Sequence record: NC_031043.1
DNA length: 64,000 nt
Reading direction: 5' to 3' (one strand)
The notes under the pieces were generated by a model. That model saw nothing but the letters and a program-made list of their open reading frames with translations. It had not been told where the DNA came from and ran no database searches. The first letter of the stretch is position 1; every line of letters begins with the position of its first letter. Both the position numbers and the translations under genes were made by a program. Below, piece after piece: positions 9,504 to 19,183 of the stretch.

Positions 9504-9797
9504 ATGGAACAACTGCAAGGAACACATGTTCGTTTAATTGAAGTACGCCACGAAGAGCGTGAAATTGTGTGCGAGAATATCGAATCAGGTGAGCAGGTAC
9601 GCGTACGTCTTTGGTACGACCGTAAATTCGCTTCTGTCGGACTACGTTTCGGCGATGAATTAGAACTGAGACAGAACAAACGAGAAGAGTGGGCGATTAA
9701 ACGTATCGTCACTTGTGCGGAAGGAGAACCGATTGAATTCAACGGCCTCTTCCCGACACCAGTACCCAACAAAGTGCTTAAGTTCCTCGTTCCGTAG
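9504..9797 (+). CDS. hypothetical small beta-rich protein
   Basis: 97 aa; LRFGDELELR resembles the GD motif of the next two ORFs. Confidence 0.6.
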   Translation: MEQLQGTHVRLIEVRHEEREIVCENIESGEQVRVRLWYDRKFASVGLRFGDELELRQNKREEWAIKRIVTCAEGEPIEFNGLFPTPVPNKVLKFLVP

Positions 9798-9839
9798 TTA
9801 GTATGTAGAGAGGTACATTACTTGAGCCATGGTGTACTA

Positions 9840-9880
9840 GCCCAGACCCCTTAACCGGGGCTGGGTCCTTTCTATTTTTT
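9840..9880 (+). terminator. intrinsic terminator
   Basis: CCCAG(A)CCCC...GGGGCTGGG stem followed by a T-rich tail. Confidence 0.7.
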
Positions 9881-9901
9881 ACGCATGACCGGATTCATGT
9901 G
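9875..9901 (+). promoter_or_regulatory. middle-type promoter TTTTTTAC-N15-TGTG
   Basis: Repeated motif; shares its T tract with the terminator. Confidence 0.6.
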
Positions 9902-9929
9902 TTGATAACCCATAACCCACGGTGAAACC

Positions 9930-10397
9930 ATGCACATCCAGAATCTCATTAATTTACTCAAGCTCAGCACCTTCTCCGGCACCGTGGAACAGATTGGTAC
10001 CACCACGTATTTTTACGATGAAGCTCGAAGCAAAGAAACCGTGTGCCTTGATATCACAATACGTTCTATTACTAACCCCAATGAAATGTTCCTCCATCAA
10101 ATGGGTATTATAGAATTCGCAGGCGCTATCGAAAATGGGCATATTTCGGTCGGTGACAAACTTACGGTTCGTAAGTACCCACTTCAAACGTATTACACCG
10201 TTAAAGAACACACGCACCGCGGCGGCATGTTTCTGGAGGAAAGAAGAGCTGTGCGGTACATGGTAGATTTGGGTATTAAAGAGCTGGATAGTAAATTGAC
10301 GGTGTGGAAGGCTGAACGCGGTCTGTCCGATTTAAACGTTATGGAACTTAGGCTACACTTACTACGCGCAATCAACTTAAAATGCAAATTAGGTTAA
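9930..10397 (+). CDS. hypothetical protein, tandem paralog A
   Basis: 155 aa; aligns by eye to the next ORF. Confidence 0.75.
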   Translation: MHIQNLINLLKLSTFSGTVEQIGTTTYFYDEARSKETVCLDITIRSITNPNEMFLHQMGIIEFAGAIENGHISVGDKLTVRKYPLQTYYTVKEHTHRGGMFLEERRAVRYMVDLGIKELDSKLTVWKAERGLSDLNVMELRLHLLRAINLKCKLG

Positions 10398-10401
10398 TAA
10401 C

Positions 10402-10857
10402 ATGTCCTTAAAATCATTCATTGATTCTTTACGCCCAAAGACTTTTGACGGGCAATTAAATGCAGTTTCCATCATGTCATGTGGACCGTTCCTTTTACCT
10501 GACGAGCAAACCACCTTCCTGACGCTCGAACTAAAATCAGACGGGCCGATAAAGCGTATACGTTATCAGATGTCCAAATACGAGTTCGTCAACATAATTG
10601 GCACTTGCGAATTAGCTTTCGGCGACTTATTTGTTCTTCGTAAGGGATGGTTTACGGATAGCTATACGGTTCACCGTTTCGTAAGACGCTCCCCGACATC
10701 TGAAGAACCTCGCCGGACTTGCCGTCAATTTATTGAAAAGGTTATTAAAGAACTAAAGACGGAAGTAGCGCAACGGTATTGTGAAGACCGTGACCACAAA
10801 GAGTACACGATTCTTCGTTACGAGTTGCTGCTACCGTGGTATCAAGAAAAACAATAA
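10402..10857 (+). CDS. hypothetical protein, tandem paralog B
   Basis: 151 aa; aligns by eye to the previous ORF. Confidence 0.75.
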   Translation: MSLKSFIDSLRPKTFDGQLNAVSIMSCGPFLLPDEQTTFLTLELKSDGPIKRIRYQMSKYEFVNIIGTCELAFGDLFVLRKGWFTDSYTVHRFVRRSPTSEEPRRTCRQFIEKVIKELKTEVAQRYCEDRDHKEYTILRYELLLPWYQEKQ

Positions 10858-10881
10858 GGGTCTTCGGGCCCTTTATTTTTT
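10855..10881 (+). terminator. intrinsic terminator
   Basis: AAGGGTC-TTCG-GGCCCTT followed by a T tract. Confidence 0.8.
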
Positions 10882-10903
10882 ACGGGTTGCCGCATTAGTT
10901 TAG
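10876..10903 (+). promoter_or_regulatory. middle-type promoter TTTTTTAC-N15-TTTAG for DNA polymerase
   Basis: Repeated motif directly upstream of the polymerase gene. Confidence 0.65.
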
Positions 10904-10935
10904 AGGCAGTGAAGAATTAGAGGGTTCGAAAGACT

Positions 10936-13131
10936 ATGGAATACGATTCACCTTTCCGTTTATCCAAGGAAGAGTACGAACGCGACATTGATGTTGTGGA
11001 AGCGTACTTTGAACAAATCAATCACTACATTGATAATCAAACCGGTCACGAGTACGATATCGAGACCATTCGTTTTAACGTGAAGGAGATGTTTAAACCA
11101 GGCGGCGAACTCGAGCACAAATTCCCAACTTGCCGTATCTTTGTTCGTAATCAAAAGACCGGTGACCGTGAAGAGAAGTTCGTTACGATTGATAAGCTGT
11201 TCCAGACCACGATTCAGCGTGAGCTGATTAGCGCACCATCATTAACATTCTATTTACCAGAAACCGCGAAGCGTTCTAAGCTTTCCGAGTTCATGGAACA
11301 GAACGTGGCCAAGCGTGCAGTTATTAAAGGTGAGATGTTTGCAGCGAAAGCTGCGGGTAACTCGGTACTGCACATTAACAAAAAGAACGAACAGAACGCC
11401 GTTAAGACATTGAACAATGGTTCGTCGGGTGCATTCAGTTCCCCGTACACGATTCTGTACAACCAATCGTCACACTCCGTATTGACCTCTACGTGCCGTA
11501 CAGCGACCTCGTTTGCAAACGCAGCCAATGAGCGCTTGTTAGGCGGAAGACGTCACTACGATACTCCACGTCGCGTTATAGACCACTTCTTGTCGATAGG
11601 TACGCTTACCGACTTCCGTGAGTTCGCGAAAGTGGTAGAAGAATTCAATCTGCATATCCCAACCGTTGATGAAACGATGGATATGATTCACCACTCGTCA
11701 ACAGACTACTGGATTAACCCAGTGGCTGAAGCGAAAATCCGTAAGTACGTTGAGAACACCCCAGAACTGGAACGTGCGGCTATTGTGTACATGGGTGACA
11801 TGTATCACTTGGCCAAGCACAACGACGCGTTTATGCGCGGCTTCATGAAAGCACTCATCTCTAAAGATGTGTTCGATGGCGATATCCAGGATTGGGATGC
11901 AGCAGCACGGACTATCGATGGCGACATGAAAATCGTTATCTCCCAGTTCCGTACGGATGTGGTGCCTGTTGGTAAGTCCTTTGGTGACGTTAGATTGCGT
12001 GACCCAGAGACGGATAAATTCTTGCCGTGGGACCAACAGGATAAATTCAAAGAACTTATTCGTACCGGTCTCTTCTTGCAGAAGACCATCGGGAAATACG
12101 CGAAGTTCATTAAAGTGGTATTGACCAACAAGAACTTACCGGTCAACATCGCACGTATGCCTGACGTGATTCGTCATGTGGGTGTGGTATCCGATACCGA
12201 CTCCACGATGATGACTGCACAGTGGTGGGCAACCTGGTTCTCAGGTTCCTACTTCGGTGAAGAAGCAACGCGGGTTTCAGATATGATTATTTATCTGGCT
12301 ACCCAGCACATGCGTCACCTCATGGCCAGCATGTCTAAGAATATGGGGGTACACACCGATCGTATATTCCTGTATGCGGCAAAGAACGAGTTTAAGTTTG
12401 ACTCCTTTGCACTGACGACCAAAGCTAAACACTATTTCTCTTTAATTACTGCGCAAGAAGGTCAGTTACTGGAAGACCCTGAGCTGGAAGTAAAAGGTGT
12501 GTCTTTACGTACCTCGAACATCCCACCGGTGGTTATGAATGAGTTCAAGAAAACTATCAAGCAGTTCTGTAAGACAGTGGCTGCGGGTAATCAGATTGAA
12601 ATCATCCCAGAGCTGCAGCGTGTAGCAGCAATTGAACACGAGGTTGTCGCTTCCCTGCGTGCAGGGCAGGCAGACTATCTCAAAACCACCAACATCAAAG
12701 ACCGCAGTGCTTACTCGGACGATGATGAAAAGAACTATCACTATCACCGCATGTACAACACTATCTTTGGTCCGAAGTATGGGTATCTTGATGAACCTCC
12801 TTACGAGGCGGTGCGTCTGCCAGTAAACCTCGAGAACAAAACCCAAATCGCGGACTGGTTGGCGTCTATTGAAGACCCAATCATCAAAGCAGGTGCGGAG
12901 AAGTGGTTTGAAGAAACCGGCGGTCGTAAATACACCACGTTGATTCTGCCAGACCAATTGGTAAGCAACTACGGCATCCCGCCAGACTTGATTAAAGCAG
13001 CGAACGTACGTCGTACTGCGTTTGCTACGGTTGAACCGTACTATCACGTTCTGGAATGTTTGGGCGTATTTATGATTGATGAAGATCGTACCCGTTTGTT
13101 GAGTGACTACTACGGGGATGCGATTGAATAA
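10936..13131 (+). CDS. family B DNA polymerase, C-terminal catalytic subunit (phiKZ gp50-like)
   Basis: Motif B-like KTLNNGSSGAF, motif C SDTDS (12193-12204), KxY and KGV thumb motifs; no exonuclease domain or motif A. Confidence 0.9.
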   Translation: MEYDSPFRLSKEEYERDIDVVEAYFEQINHYIDNQTGHEYDIETIRFNVKEMFKPGGELEHKFPTCRIFVRNQKTGDREEKFVTIDKLFQTTIQRELISAPSLTFYLPETAKRSKLSEFMEQNVAKRAVIKGEMFAAKAAGNSVLHINKKNEQNAVKTLNNGSSGAFSSPYTILYNQSSHSVLTSTCRTATSFANAANERLLGGRRHYDTPRRVIDHFLSIGTLTDFREFAKVVEEFNLHIPTVDETMDMIHHSSTDYWINPVAEAKIRKYVENTPELERAAIVYMGDMYHLAKHNDAFMRGFMKALISKDVFDGDIQDWDAAARTIDGDMKIVISQFRTDVVPVGKSFGDVRLRDPETDKFLPWDQQDKFKELIRTGLFLQKTIGKYAKFIKVVLTNKNLPVNIARMPDVIRHVGVVSDTDSTMMTAQWWATWFSGSYFGEEATRVSDMIIYLATQHMRHLMASMSKNMGVHTDRIFLYAAKNEFKFDSFALTTKAKHYFSLITAQEGQLLEDPELEVKGVSLRTSNIPPVVMNEFKKTIKQFCKTVAAGNQIEIIPELQRVAAIEHEVVASLRAGQADYLKTTNIKDRSAYSDDDEKNYHYHRMYNTIFGPKYGYLDEPPYEAVRLPVNLENKTQIADWLASIEDPIIKAGAEKWFEETGGRKYTTLILPDQLVSNYGIPPDLIKAANVRRTAFATVEPYYHVLECLGVFMIDEDRTRLLSDYYGDAIE

Positions 13132-13139
13132 GGAGACCT

Positions 13140-13493
13140 ATGCACCAATACTACTTCTGTAAAGATATCACTGCAGAGCACACAGATACCGCTATGGTGG
13201 CTTACCCAGACCCAGCTGCCGCGGTAATTAACTACTTGCTGTACGGACATCCGTCTTCTAAGTATATCTGTCGTCTCTCCCGTCGTGACGATAAGAGCCC
13301 TTATCAGTTAACGACTGCCCGTCCACACGACACGGTGTCGTTCTTCCTGTCGGCGACTAACGCTAAGGTAAGTGATGGGAATGGATTGGCGTTATACGGT
13401 GACCATGAGACAGTAACTGAAAGTAAAGTAGACCTTTCTATTCAGGACTTGTGTTACTACTACCGTATCCCGTTGACTATCGAAAAGCACTAA
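13140..13493 (+). CDS. hypothetical protein
   Basis: 117 aa; AAGGAG SD. Confidence 0.7.
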   Translation: MHQYYFCKDITAEHTDTAMVAYPDPAAAVINYLLYGHPSSKYICRLSRRDDKSPYQLTTARPHDTVSFFLSATNAKVSDGNGLALYGDHETVTESKVDLSIQDLCYYYRIPLTIEKH

Positions 13494-13498
13494 TCGGG

Positions 13499-13532
13499 TC
13501 CCTATCTTGGATTTCTGAGATAGGGATTTTTT
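13499..13532 (+). terminator. intrinsic terminator
   Basis: TCCCTATCT/AGATAGGGA stem followed by a T tract. Confidence 0.75.
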
Positions 13533-13555
13533 AGACGAACCCTTGGTATTCCTAG

Positions 13556-13712
13556 AAAGTGATCTTTTAGGGGATCACTTTTATCCCTATTATATGCAAC
13601 TTCTCCTCACGGGGGAGGGGCCTACGGGGGAGGGGGTAATATGTATATATAGAGGGAAATAGTTAGATACGAAGTATAGGGAATATTTACCTAGTAAATA
13701 GTTACTAGGTAA
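13556..13712. repeat. cluster of inverted repeats plus a G-tract direct repeat
   Basis: 9-bp IR at 13556-13581; ACGGGGGAGGGG x2 (13609 and 13624); perfect 11-bp IR at 13687-13712. Confidence 0.85.
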
Positions 13713-13755
13713 GTACACCTACTTACCTTACTAAACTAGATCAAATTTTAAATTA

Positions 13756-13797
13756 AATAAAAAAACAATACCTACCTACCCGTTAGGGGTAGGTAGG
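13756..13797 (-). terminator. intrinsic terminator of the minus-strand gene
   Basis: CCTACCTACCC/GGGTAGGTAGG stem with an A tract to its left. Confidence 0.8.
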
Positions 13798-13801
13798 CTT
13801 A

Positions 13802-14863
13802 CTACGATCCGATCACTTGGTTTAATGGGGTAAAGACGTTTAAGTCGAGAATCAGTTTTACCGAAGGAGGAAGTCGGTCAGTAAAGCGTAGCTGAGAATA
13901 GTTACGTAACTGGCGGACTAACGTCGGGTAGAACTTACGCATAGCAGGATTATCGAATTGTACCACATGCGCCATGAAGTTGAAGTTCACCAATTGGTAG
14001 AACCATAACTGTTGGTTAGTCTGGGCAACCGATTCATCCACTAAGAGTTTTAAAGCGCTGCTCTCTCCATTAAAGAAGATAGGGATGTGATTCATCACAA
14101 CACCCGGTAATGGGGTACCGGCCTTTAAGAACTCGTAGACGCGCTTAACGTGCTTCTCGATAATGGCATCCCAGTTGGGTACCGGGTACTCAGAGACCTT
14201 ACTATCCGGTTCGAGAGCTTGACCTAAGGCATAGAACCGATGGCGATTAAACAACGCGAGGTTCATGTACGATGGTAAGCTTCTATAAATAACAAATCGG
14301 TATAGATAAGTATAGAGGTTGATACCTCCATCGTCCGTGCGCCCTCGGTAGTATTTCCACGCTTGGAAGTATTGCCAGACTAACGCCACCAAATTGATTT
14401 CGATGTAACTGACTCCACGCCCGCCGTTACTGACCCCGAGCTCCCAGTTCAGGTTAGTGTAGTCGTGGAACAGGTACTTCACAGGTTGCAGCTCTTGCCA
14501 TGAGACATTCGGGTCAATGTGCTGTATGGATAAAGCAATCAGTTCATGTTGGCCGGGGAGGAACTCACCAACACGTATTTCACCGGGGCTACCGGGTGAG
14601 ACTAAACGCATGGCATTCCCAATCGAGACGAACTTACGACGACATGCCCAATAGATGTCATCATAGGACGCTTCAGGTTGGAAGCCTATCGTGGCCAGGA
14701 TGTGTACCAGTAGATGGTCAGAATCCACACGCCGCTGCATAGCCTCAACACGATGCCTAATACGAACCTGATTATTTTTTACATATGACCCAATACTTAT
14801 GGACGTAGGGTCGGTGTTATGTGACTTTATGATGCTTTGCTGGATATCTGCGCTACTGAACAT
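13802..14863 (-). CDS. conserved probable virion structural protein (phiKZ gp52-like position)
   Basis: ATG at 14863 with GAGGAG SD; TATG motifs upstream; divergent from chimallin as in phiKZ-like synteny. Confidence 0.6.
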   Translation of the reverse strand: MFSSADIQQSIIKSHNTDPTSISIGSYVKNNQVRIRHRVEAMQRRVDSDHLLVHILATIGFQPEASYDDIYWACRRKFVSIGNAMRLVSPGSPGEIRVGEFLPGQHELIALSIQHIDPNVSWQELQPVKYLFHDYTNLNWELGVSNGGRGVSYIEINLVALVWQYFQAWKYYRGRTDDGGINLYTYLYRFVIYRSLPSYMNLALFNRHRFYALGQALEPDSKVSEYPVPNWDAIIEKHVKRVYEFLKAGTPLPGVVMNHIPIFFNGESSALKLLVDESVAQTNQQLWFYQLVNFNFMAHVVQFDNPAMRKFYPTLVRQLRNYSQLRFTDRLPPSVKLILDLNVFTPLNQVIGS

Positions 14864-14910
14864 GGTAATCTCCTCAAGGCCAGTCATACTATCCCATAAC
14901 GTACTCTAAA

Positions 14911-14937
14911 TTTTTACAGATAGATTTTATCGTATTG
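14911..14937 (+). promoter_or_regulatory. middle-type promoter TTTTTAC-N15-TATTG upstream of chimallin
   Basis: Repeated motif with the same spacing. Confidence 0.55.
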
Positions 14938-15064
14938 AACCGAAGCACTTAAACCGCTTCAATGATTCTGGATAGTTGTTATTGAAAGATTATTCAGACA
15001 TATTTTATTATCGTGAGTTAACTCAAGTAATTCATTCTATCTCTACATCAAAGGAAATAATACC

Positions 15065-16840
15065 ATGGTACAATTCTACGACGAAAACAAATCCGGCAAC
15101 GAATCTGCAGACAACAATGCAGCAACCGGCAATGTTAGCGGTTTCTCCGTCGGTTCAGCAACTGAGATGAACCTGGCCTTCGAATGGAGTGCAGTGTCCT
15201 CTATGGCCGGTAAGTTCGTTGAGCTGATTACCGAAGCCGCGAAAGAAAACAAATACCTGCAGAACTTCCAAGTCGGTACCGTTGATCAGGTTACCGGTGA
15301 ATTCGGTTCTGCGGCATACGTCGCTGGCGAACTGCGTGGCATCCCGCTGTTCGGTATCGTCTTCTTCGAAAAGGGTCTGTCCCTGCGTGCGGTTGTGAAC
15401 AACAACCAAGAAGACTACTACTCCATCACGTCTCTGATTACTAAAGATGTAATCGCGACTGTTGCTAAGACGCTGAAAGAAACTCATAACCTGAGCCAAG
15501 ACCCGCGTTTCATCAACATGAACACCATCCCGGATCTGGATATCGCAATGGACCGTCACCGTGCGCTGTCCATCATGGGCCAGATGATGACCAGCATCTT
15601 CGGTCGTGCTTCTGGTTACCTGGGCAAACTGGTTGTTACTCGTAACGACAAGTTCATCGCTCAAGTCGGCGCTATTGCCGAAGGTACTGTTCGTGATGTG
15701 AACGGTCACGCACAACGTGCTGACTTCGGTATCCGCATGTCTCACGTTCCATTGCAGCAGAACACCGCGCCAACTTTGTTGACCGGTACTAATGCTCAGC
15801 AATACCCAAGCTGCTCTGCGGCTGGTTACGCTAACCTGCGTTACACCGGTGTGGTTAAGAACCCAACCAACACCTTCGACCCGAAACAGATTGCGCCGGA
15901 AATGGTTATCAGCCTGATGGATTCTTCCACTCTGACTGCTAACGCACCGTTCGAGCGTCAAATCCTGATGTTGGGTGCAGCAGCGAAAACTGCAGCACTG
16001 GGCGGCTGGTTGGATTTCGTAGTGAACTCGCTGGACGGTAAGACTCGTAAAATCTCTGCACTGGCTCAGAACGTGAACTGGGGCAAAGACGTGTCTAACA
16101 CCGACTGGAAAGCGCTGGACAAATCCCCGGAAGCGGCGGCTAAGTTCCTGCGTGAGTTCTGCTACGACACTGCTGGTCTGGTTCTGGAACACCGTGCAGG
16201 TAACGGCATCGGCGGTCTGTCTGCGCTGATTGCAGAAGTTGCACAGAACAAACCTCAGGCGCTGGAAACCTTCCTGAACATCCTGGACAATATGTTCCCG
16301 GCTGTGGATGGTCTCACCTTCTCCAAAGGTCTGGCTGCAGCATTCGGTGCTAACGTCACTCTGTCCTCTAAGCACATCGTCTCTGGCGTAGTGCCTACTG
16401 TGACTGGCGTGTACGCTGGTTCTAACGGCCCACGTTCTTACTCTGATATGGACCTGATTCGTCTGGCAACCTACCTGGGTGACCACCGTGCGGAAGTTCT
16501 GCAGGTTCTGCGTGCGCAGTCCTACAACCACCGTAACCTGTCTCCAAAACAGCAGCGCATCTACCTGGCTCAGATGGCCGGTAACGTGTTCTCTGGTAAC
16601 AACCCTGTTCCAACTGGTGAAGGCGTACAGATCGCTATCCATCCTACCTTCGGCAAGTTCCTGTTCGAAGCAATCGATGCGCATGGCTTCCTGCAGCTGA
16701 CTGGTGTGAACACCATGACCGAAGTGGAAAACACTCCGTTCTTCAACACCACCGGCGAAACCTTCGTTCTGTCCGGTATGGGTGGCGTCGATACCAACAA
16801 CTCATTCGACTTCGCTCAGCAGTCTGGCTACTTCAACTAA
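15065..16840 (+). CDS. chmA: chimallin, major phage nuclear shell protein (phiKZ gp54-like)
   Basis: 591 aa directly upstream of the nvRNAP beta-prime N-half, the diagnostic synteny; extreme host-optimal codon bias; extended N- and C-terminal segments rich in F/G/S. Confidence 0.8.
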   Translation: MVQFYDENKSGNESADNNAATGNVSGFSVGSATEMNLAFEWSAVSSMAGKFVELITEAAKENKYLQNFQVGTVDQVTGEFGSAAYVAGELRGIPLFGIVFFEKGLSLRAVVNNNQEDYYSITSLITKDVIATVAKTLKETHNLSQDPRFINMNTIPDLDIAMDRHRALSIMGQMMTSIFGRASGYLGKLVVTRNDKFIAQVGAIAEGTVRDVNGHAQRADFGIRMSHVPLQQNTAPTLLTGTNAQQYPSCSAAGYANLRYTGVVKNPTNTFDPKQIAPEMVISLMDSSTLTANAPFERQILMLGAAAKTAALGGWLDFVVNSLDGKTRKISALAQNVNWGKDVSNTDWKALDKSPEAAAKFLREFCYDTAGLVLEHRAGNGIGGLSALIAEVAQNKPQALETFLNILDNMFPAVDGLTFSKGLAAAFGANVTLSSKHIVSGVVPTVTGVYAGSNGPRSYSDMDLIRLATYLGDHRAEVLQVLRAQSYNHRNLSPKQQRIYLAQMAGNVFSGNNPVPTGEGVQIAIHPTFGKFLFEAIDAHGFLQLTGVNTMTEVENTPFFNTTGETFVLSGMGGVDTNNSFDFAQQSGYFN

Positions 16841-16863
16841 GTAAACTGGCTGTAACCCCAAAG

Positions 16864-16893
16864 AAGGGGGAGGATAAAACCTCCCCCCTTTTT
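16864..16893 (+). terminator. intrinsic terminator
   Basis: AAGGGGGAGG/CCTCCCCCTT stem followed by a T tract. Confidence 0.85.
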
Positions 16894-16920
16894 AATTGAT
16901 ATTTTTTTGTTGGAGAAAAA

Positions 16921-18540
16921 ATGAGTGAGCAAACTACCGAATACTACGGTATTTCGGGTGAGATTGATAATCTTGACAACTATTACTTTCAGCTGACGTT
17001 GGAAGCGCGTGCAAAGGGTATTAAACCACCTGTCGTGATTAACGACGTTGCACGAGAGTACGATAACAATGCCGTCACCGAGCACATCGATGCGTTATTG
17101 CAAAACCGTATTGTCAATGAGAAGCTGAATAACACCCCGATTTGCAGCATTCATTGTGAACACCCAACCGCGCACCGTTATAACCTTGGACACAAGTGTC
17201 CGAGTTGCGGATACGTGGTCACAGAGAACCGACTTGAATCGGAAGTGTGGCTGCAAGCGCCGACCGAGATGCGTGCGTTTATTAATCCGCGTTTCTGGTT
17301 GCTCTTCAACGCGAACTTTGGTGGTTTAACGCAACTGAAGAAGTTCGACCGCACTAACTATACGTTAGAGCGTGGTGCAGATTTGATGATGTGGATGATT
17401 GACCCCCATTACAGACTGCCCGACCAAGTACCGTCCCGCATGCAGACAACTATTACCGTTCTGGAAGAGAACTGTTATGTCCGCGGCATGGATAACTTCT
17501 ACGAACATCACGGCTGGGTTTTCGAGACATTAGTCAAGAAAGAAAACTGGGACCGTATCATGAACGTAGGGAGAAACTCCAACGGCGAGCCTGAACGTGA
17601 CCGTGAGCGCTGGATTCAATTCTTTGCGACACAAGCTGGAGCCATCTTCTCTCGACACCTGCCAATCGTAACGTCCAAGTTTATTGTGGCGGAAGAAACG
17701 CAGCGTGGTCTGAGTGTTGACCCGGTATTCGTTGGGGCGATTGATGCAGTGAAAACCATTGCGTCTATCTATACTCGCCAGACTCCGCTAGATACCCGCT
17801 TCCTCATGGGTCGTGCGGTGAAAGCAAACCGTCAGTTGGCGTATTTCTATAATGACCTGCGTAAGGAAACCCTTTCGCAGAAAACCGGTATCTATCGTTC
17901 CAAAGTCAGTTCGACCTTCATCCCGTTTGGCGGTCGTGCGACAATTTCACCTATCTCCGAACCACACAGCACTTGGGACTTGCATGCACCTTGGCGCTGG
18001 ATGGTAAACTTGATGTCAATCGACATTGAGAACAAATTGATGGGCCGTGGGTATACTGCTCGTGAGTGCGAAACGCGAATCGCATTTGCATGTATGCAAT
18101 ACGACCGTGAGATTGATGAAATTCTGGATGAGTTGATTGCTGAGTCGCCGGGTGGCAAAGGTATCATGGTTGTGATGCTGCGTAACCCGACGCTGGTACA
18201 GCTCTCGGTAGAAACATTCTGGATTACCAAAGTCATCAAAGATGTGAATCAGTGTTCGATTCGTATCTCTGTACGCGCCATTAAGATGATGAACGCAGAC
18301 TTCGATGGTGATCAGTTAATGGTTTGGCGACCGGTAGACCAACGCGAAATGGACTTAGCATTGGGATATCGTGCGGACAATGGTTTCATGTCTGCAACGA
18401 AGGTGGATGAGGTAGCACACGGCATGGTACTGCACAATGAGGTCATCTCAATGCAAAACCAGTTCCTCGTCGATGATGAGGAAGATGCAGAAGTGGGTAC
18501 ATTCGACGCCGTTCTATTAGATGCATTAGCAAACCACTAA
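16921..18540 (+). CDS. non-virion RNA polymerase beta-prime N-terminal subunit (phiKZ gp55+gp56.1-like)
   Basis: Zn ribbon (CSIHC, CPSCG), RNPTL and catalytic NADFDGD (18292-18312). Confidence 0.92.
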   Translation: MSEQTTEYYGISGEIDNLDNYYFQLTLEARAKGIKPPVVINDVAREYDNNAVTEHIDALLQNRIVNEKLNNTPICSIHCEHPTAHRYNLGHKCPSCGYVVTENRLESEVWLQAPTEMRAFINPRFWLLFNANFGGLTQLKKFDRTNYTLERGADLMMWMIDPHYRLPDQVPSRMQTTITVLEENCYVRGMDNFYEHHGWVFETLVKKENWDRIMNVGRNSNGEPERDRERWIQFFATQAGAIFSRHLPIVTSKFIVAEETQRGLSVDPVFVGAIDAVKTIASIYTRQTPLDTRFLMGRAVKANRQLAYFYNDLRKETLSQKTGIYRSKVSSTFIPFGGRATISPISEPHSTWDLHAPWRWMVNLMSIDIENKLMGRGYTARECETRIAFACMQYDREIDEILDELIAESPGGKGIMVVMLRNPTLVQLSVETFWITKVIKDVNQCSIRISVRAIKMMNADFDGDQLMVWRPVDQREMDLALGYRADNGFMSATKVDEVAHGMVLHNEVISMQNQFLVDDEEDAEVGTFDAVLLDALANH

Positions 18541-18550
18541 GGAGTAATGA

Positions 18551-19135
18551 ATGAGTATGTGGGACCAACCGGGTAGCGCTTTTAATAAGGTTACCGGAGA
18601 AGCTGCTAACTTCCTGAACAGCACGTTTAACTTAAGCGCAATGGCCGCTGACTTTGTTGACGTGGTAAAGCAGCAAGTCCAGAAGGTTGCTGACATCGAA
18701 ATGTTCCGTCTGACTTCCGCCGCTGCCCGTAAGATGCGTTACGGTGGTGGAGCTGACATGATTCGTCAGTTAGAAAGCATTGGCGATTTCCAATTAGCCC
18801 CGCCGACATTACAGCCATTCATGGTTGCGATGCCAGAATACCGTACGTTGTACAACAACAATATGGCAGCGGGTTACGAAAATGGATTCTCCAAACACGA
18901 CCAGTTCCGCGGTAATGCGTACATGCACACCGATGGGAACTATCGTGAAGCGACGAATGCGATGGTAACCGAGTATCATCCAACACACCTGTTCAACTGG
19001 GTGTTGCCAGAATCACGTGAAGGTGGATTAACACGTATTCAGCAAGTGGATGTGCAAATCAACTGGACACGTATGCGTGATATGGACTGGGAAGATTCTG
19101 ACCCGGCTTCCGAATATAACGCATCCTGTTATTAA
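18551..19135 (+). CDS. conserved hypothetical protein
   Basis: 194 aa; AAGGAG SD; core-block position. Confidence 0.75.
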   Translation: MSMWDQPGSAFNKVTGEAANFLNSTFNLSAMAADFVDVVKQQVQKVADIEMFRLTSAAARKMRYGGGADMIRQLESIGDFQLAPPTLQPFMVAMPEYRTLYNNNMAAGYENGFSKHDQFRGNAYMHTDGNYREATNAMVTEYHPTHLFNWVLPESREGGLTRIQQVDVQINWTRMRDMDWEDSDPASEYNASCY

Positions 19136-19143
19136 ATTAAACT

Positions 19144-19168
19144 GAGGGGCTTGGGCCCCTCTTTTTTT
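19144..19168 (+). terminator. intrinsic terminator
   Basis: GAGGGGC/GCCCCTC stem followed by a T7 tract. Confidence 0.85.
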
Positions 19169-19183
19169 GTCTGAGGTTCTTTT

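Noticed and set aside
15155-16684. 509-aa antisense ORF opposite chimallin
   Set aside because: It is the exact-mirror frame of a gene with extreme codon bias that avoids TTA/CTA/TCA, so antisense stops are rare; no SD and unnatural composition
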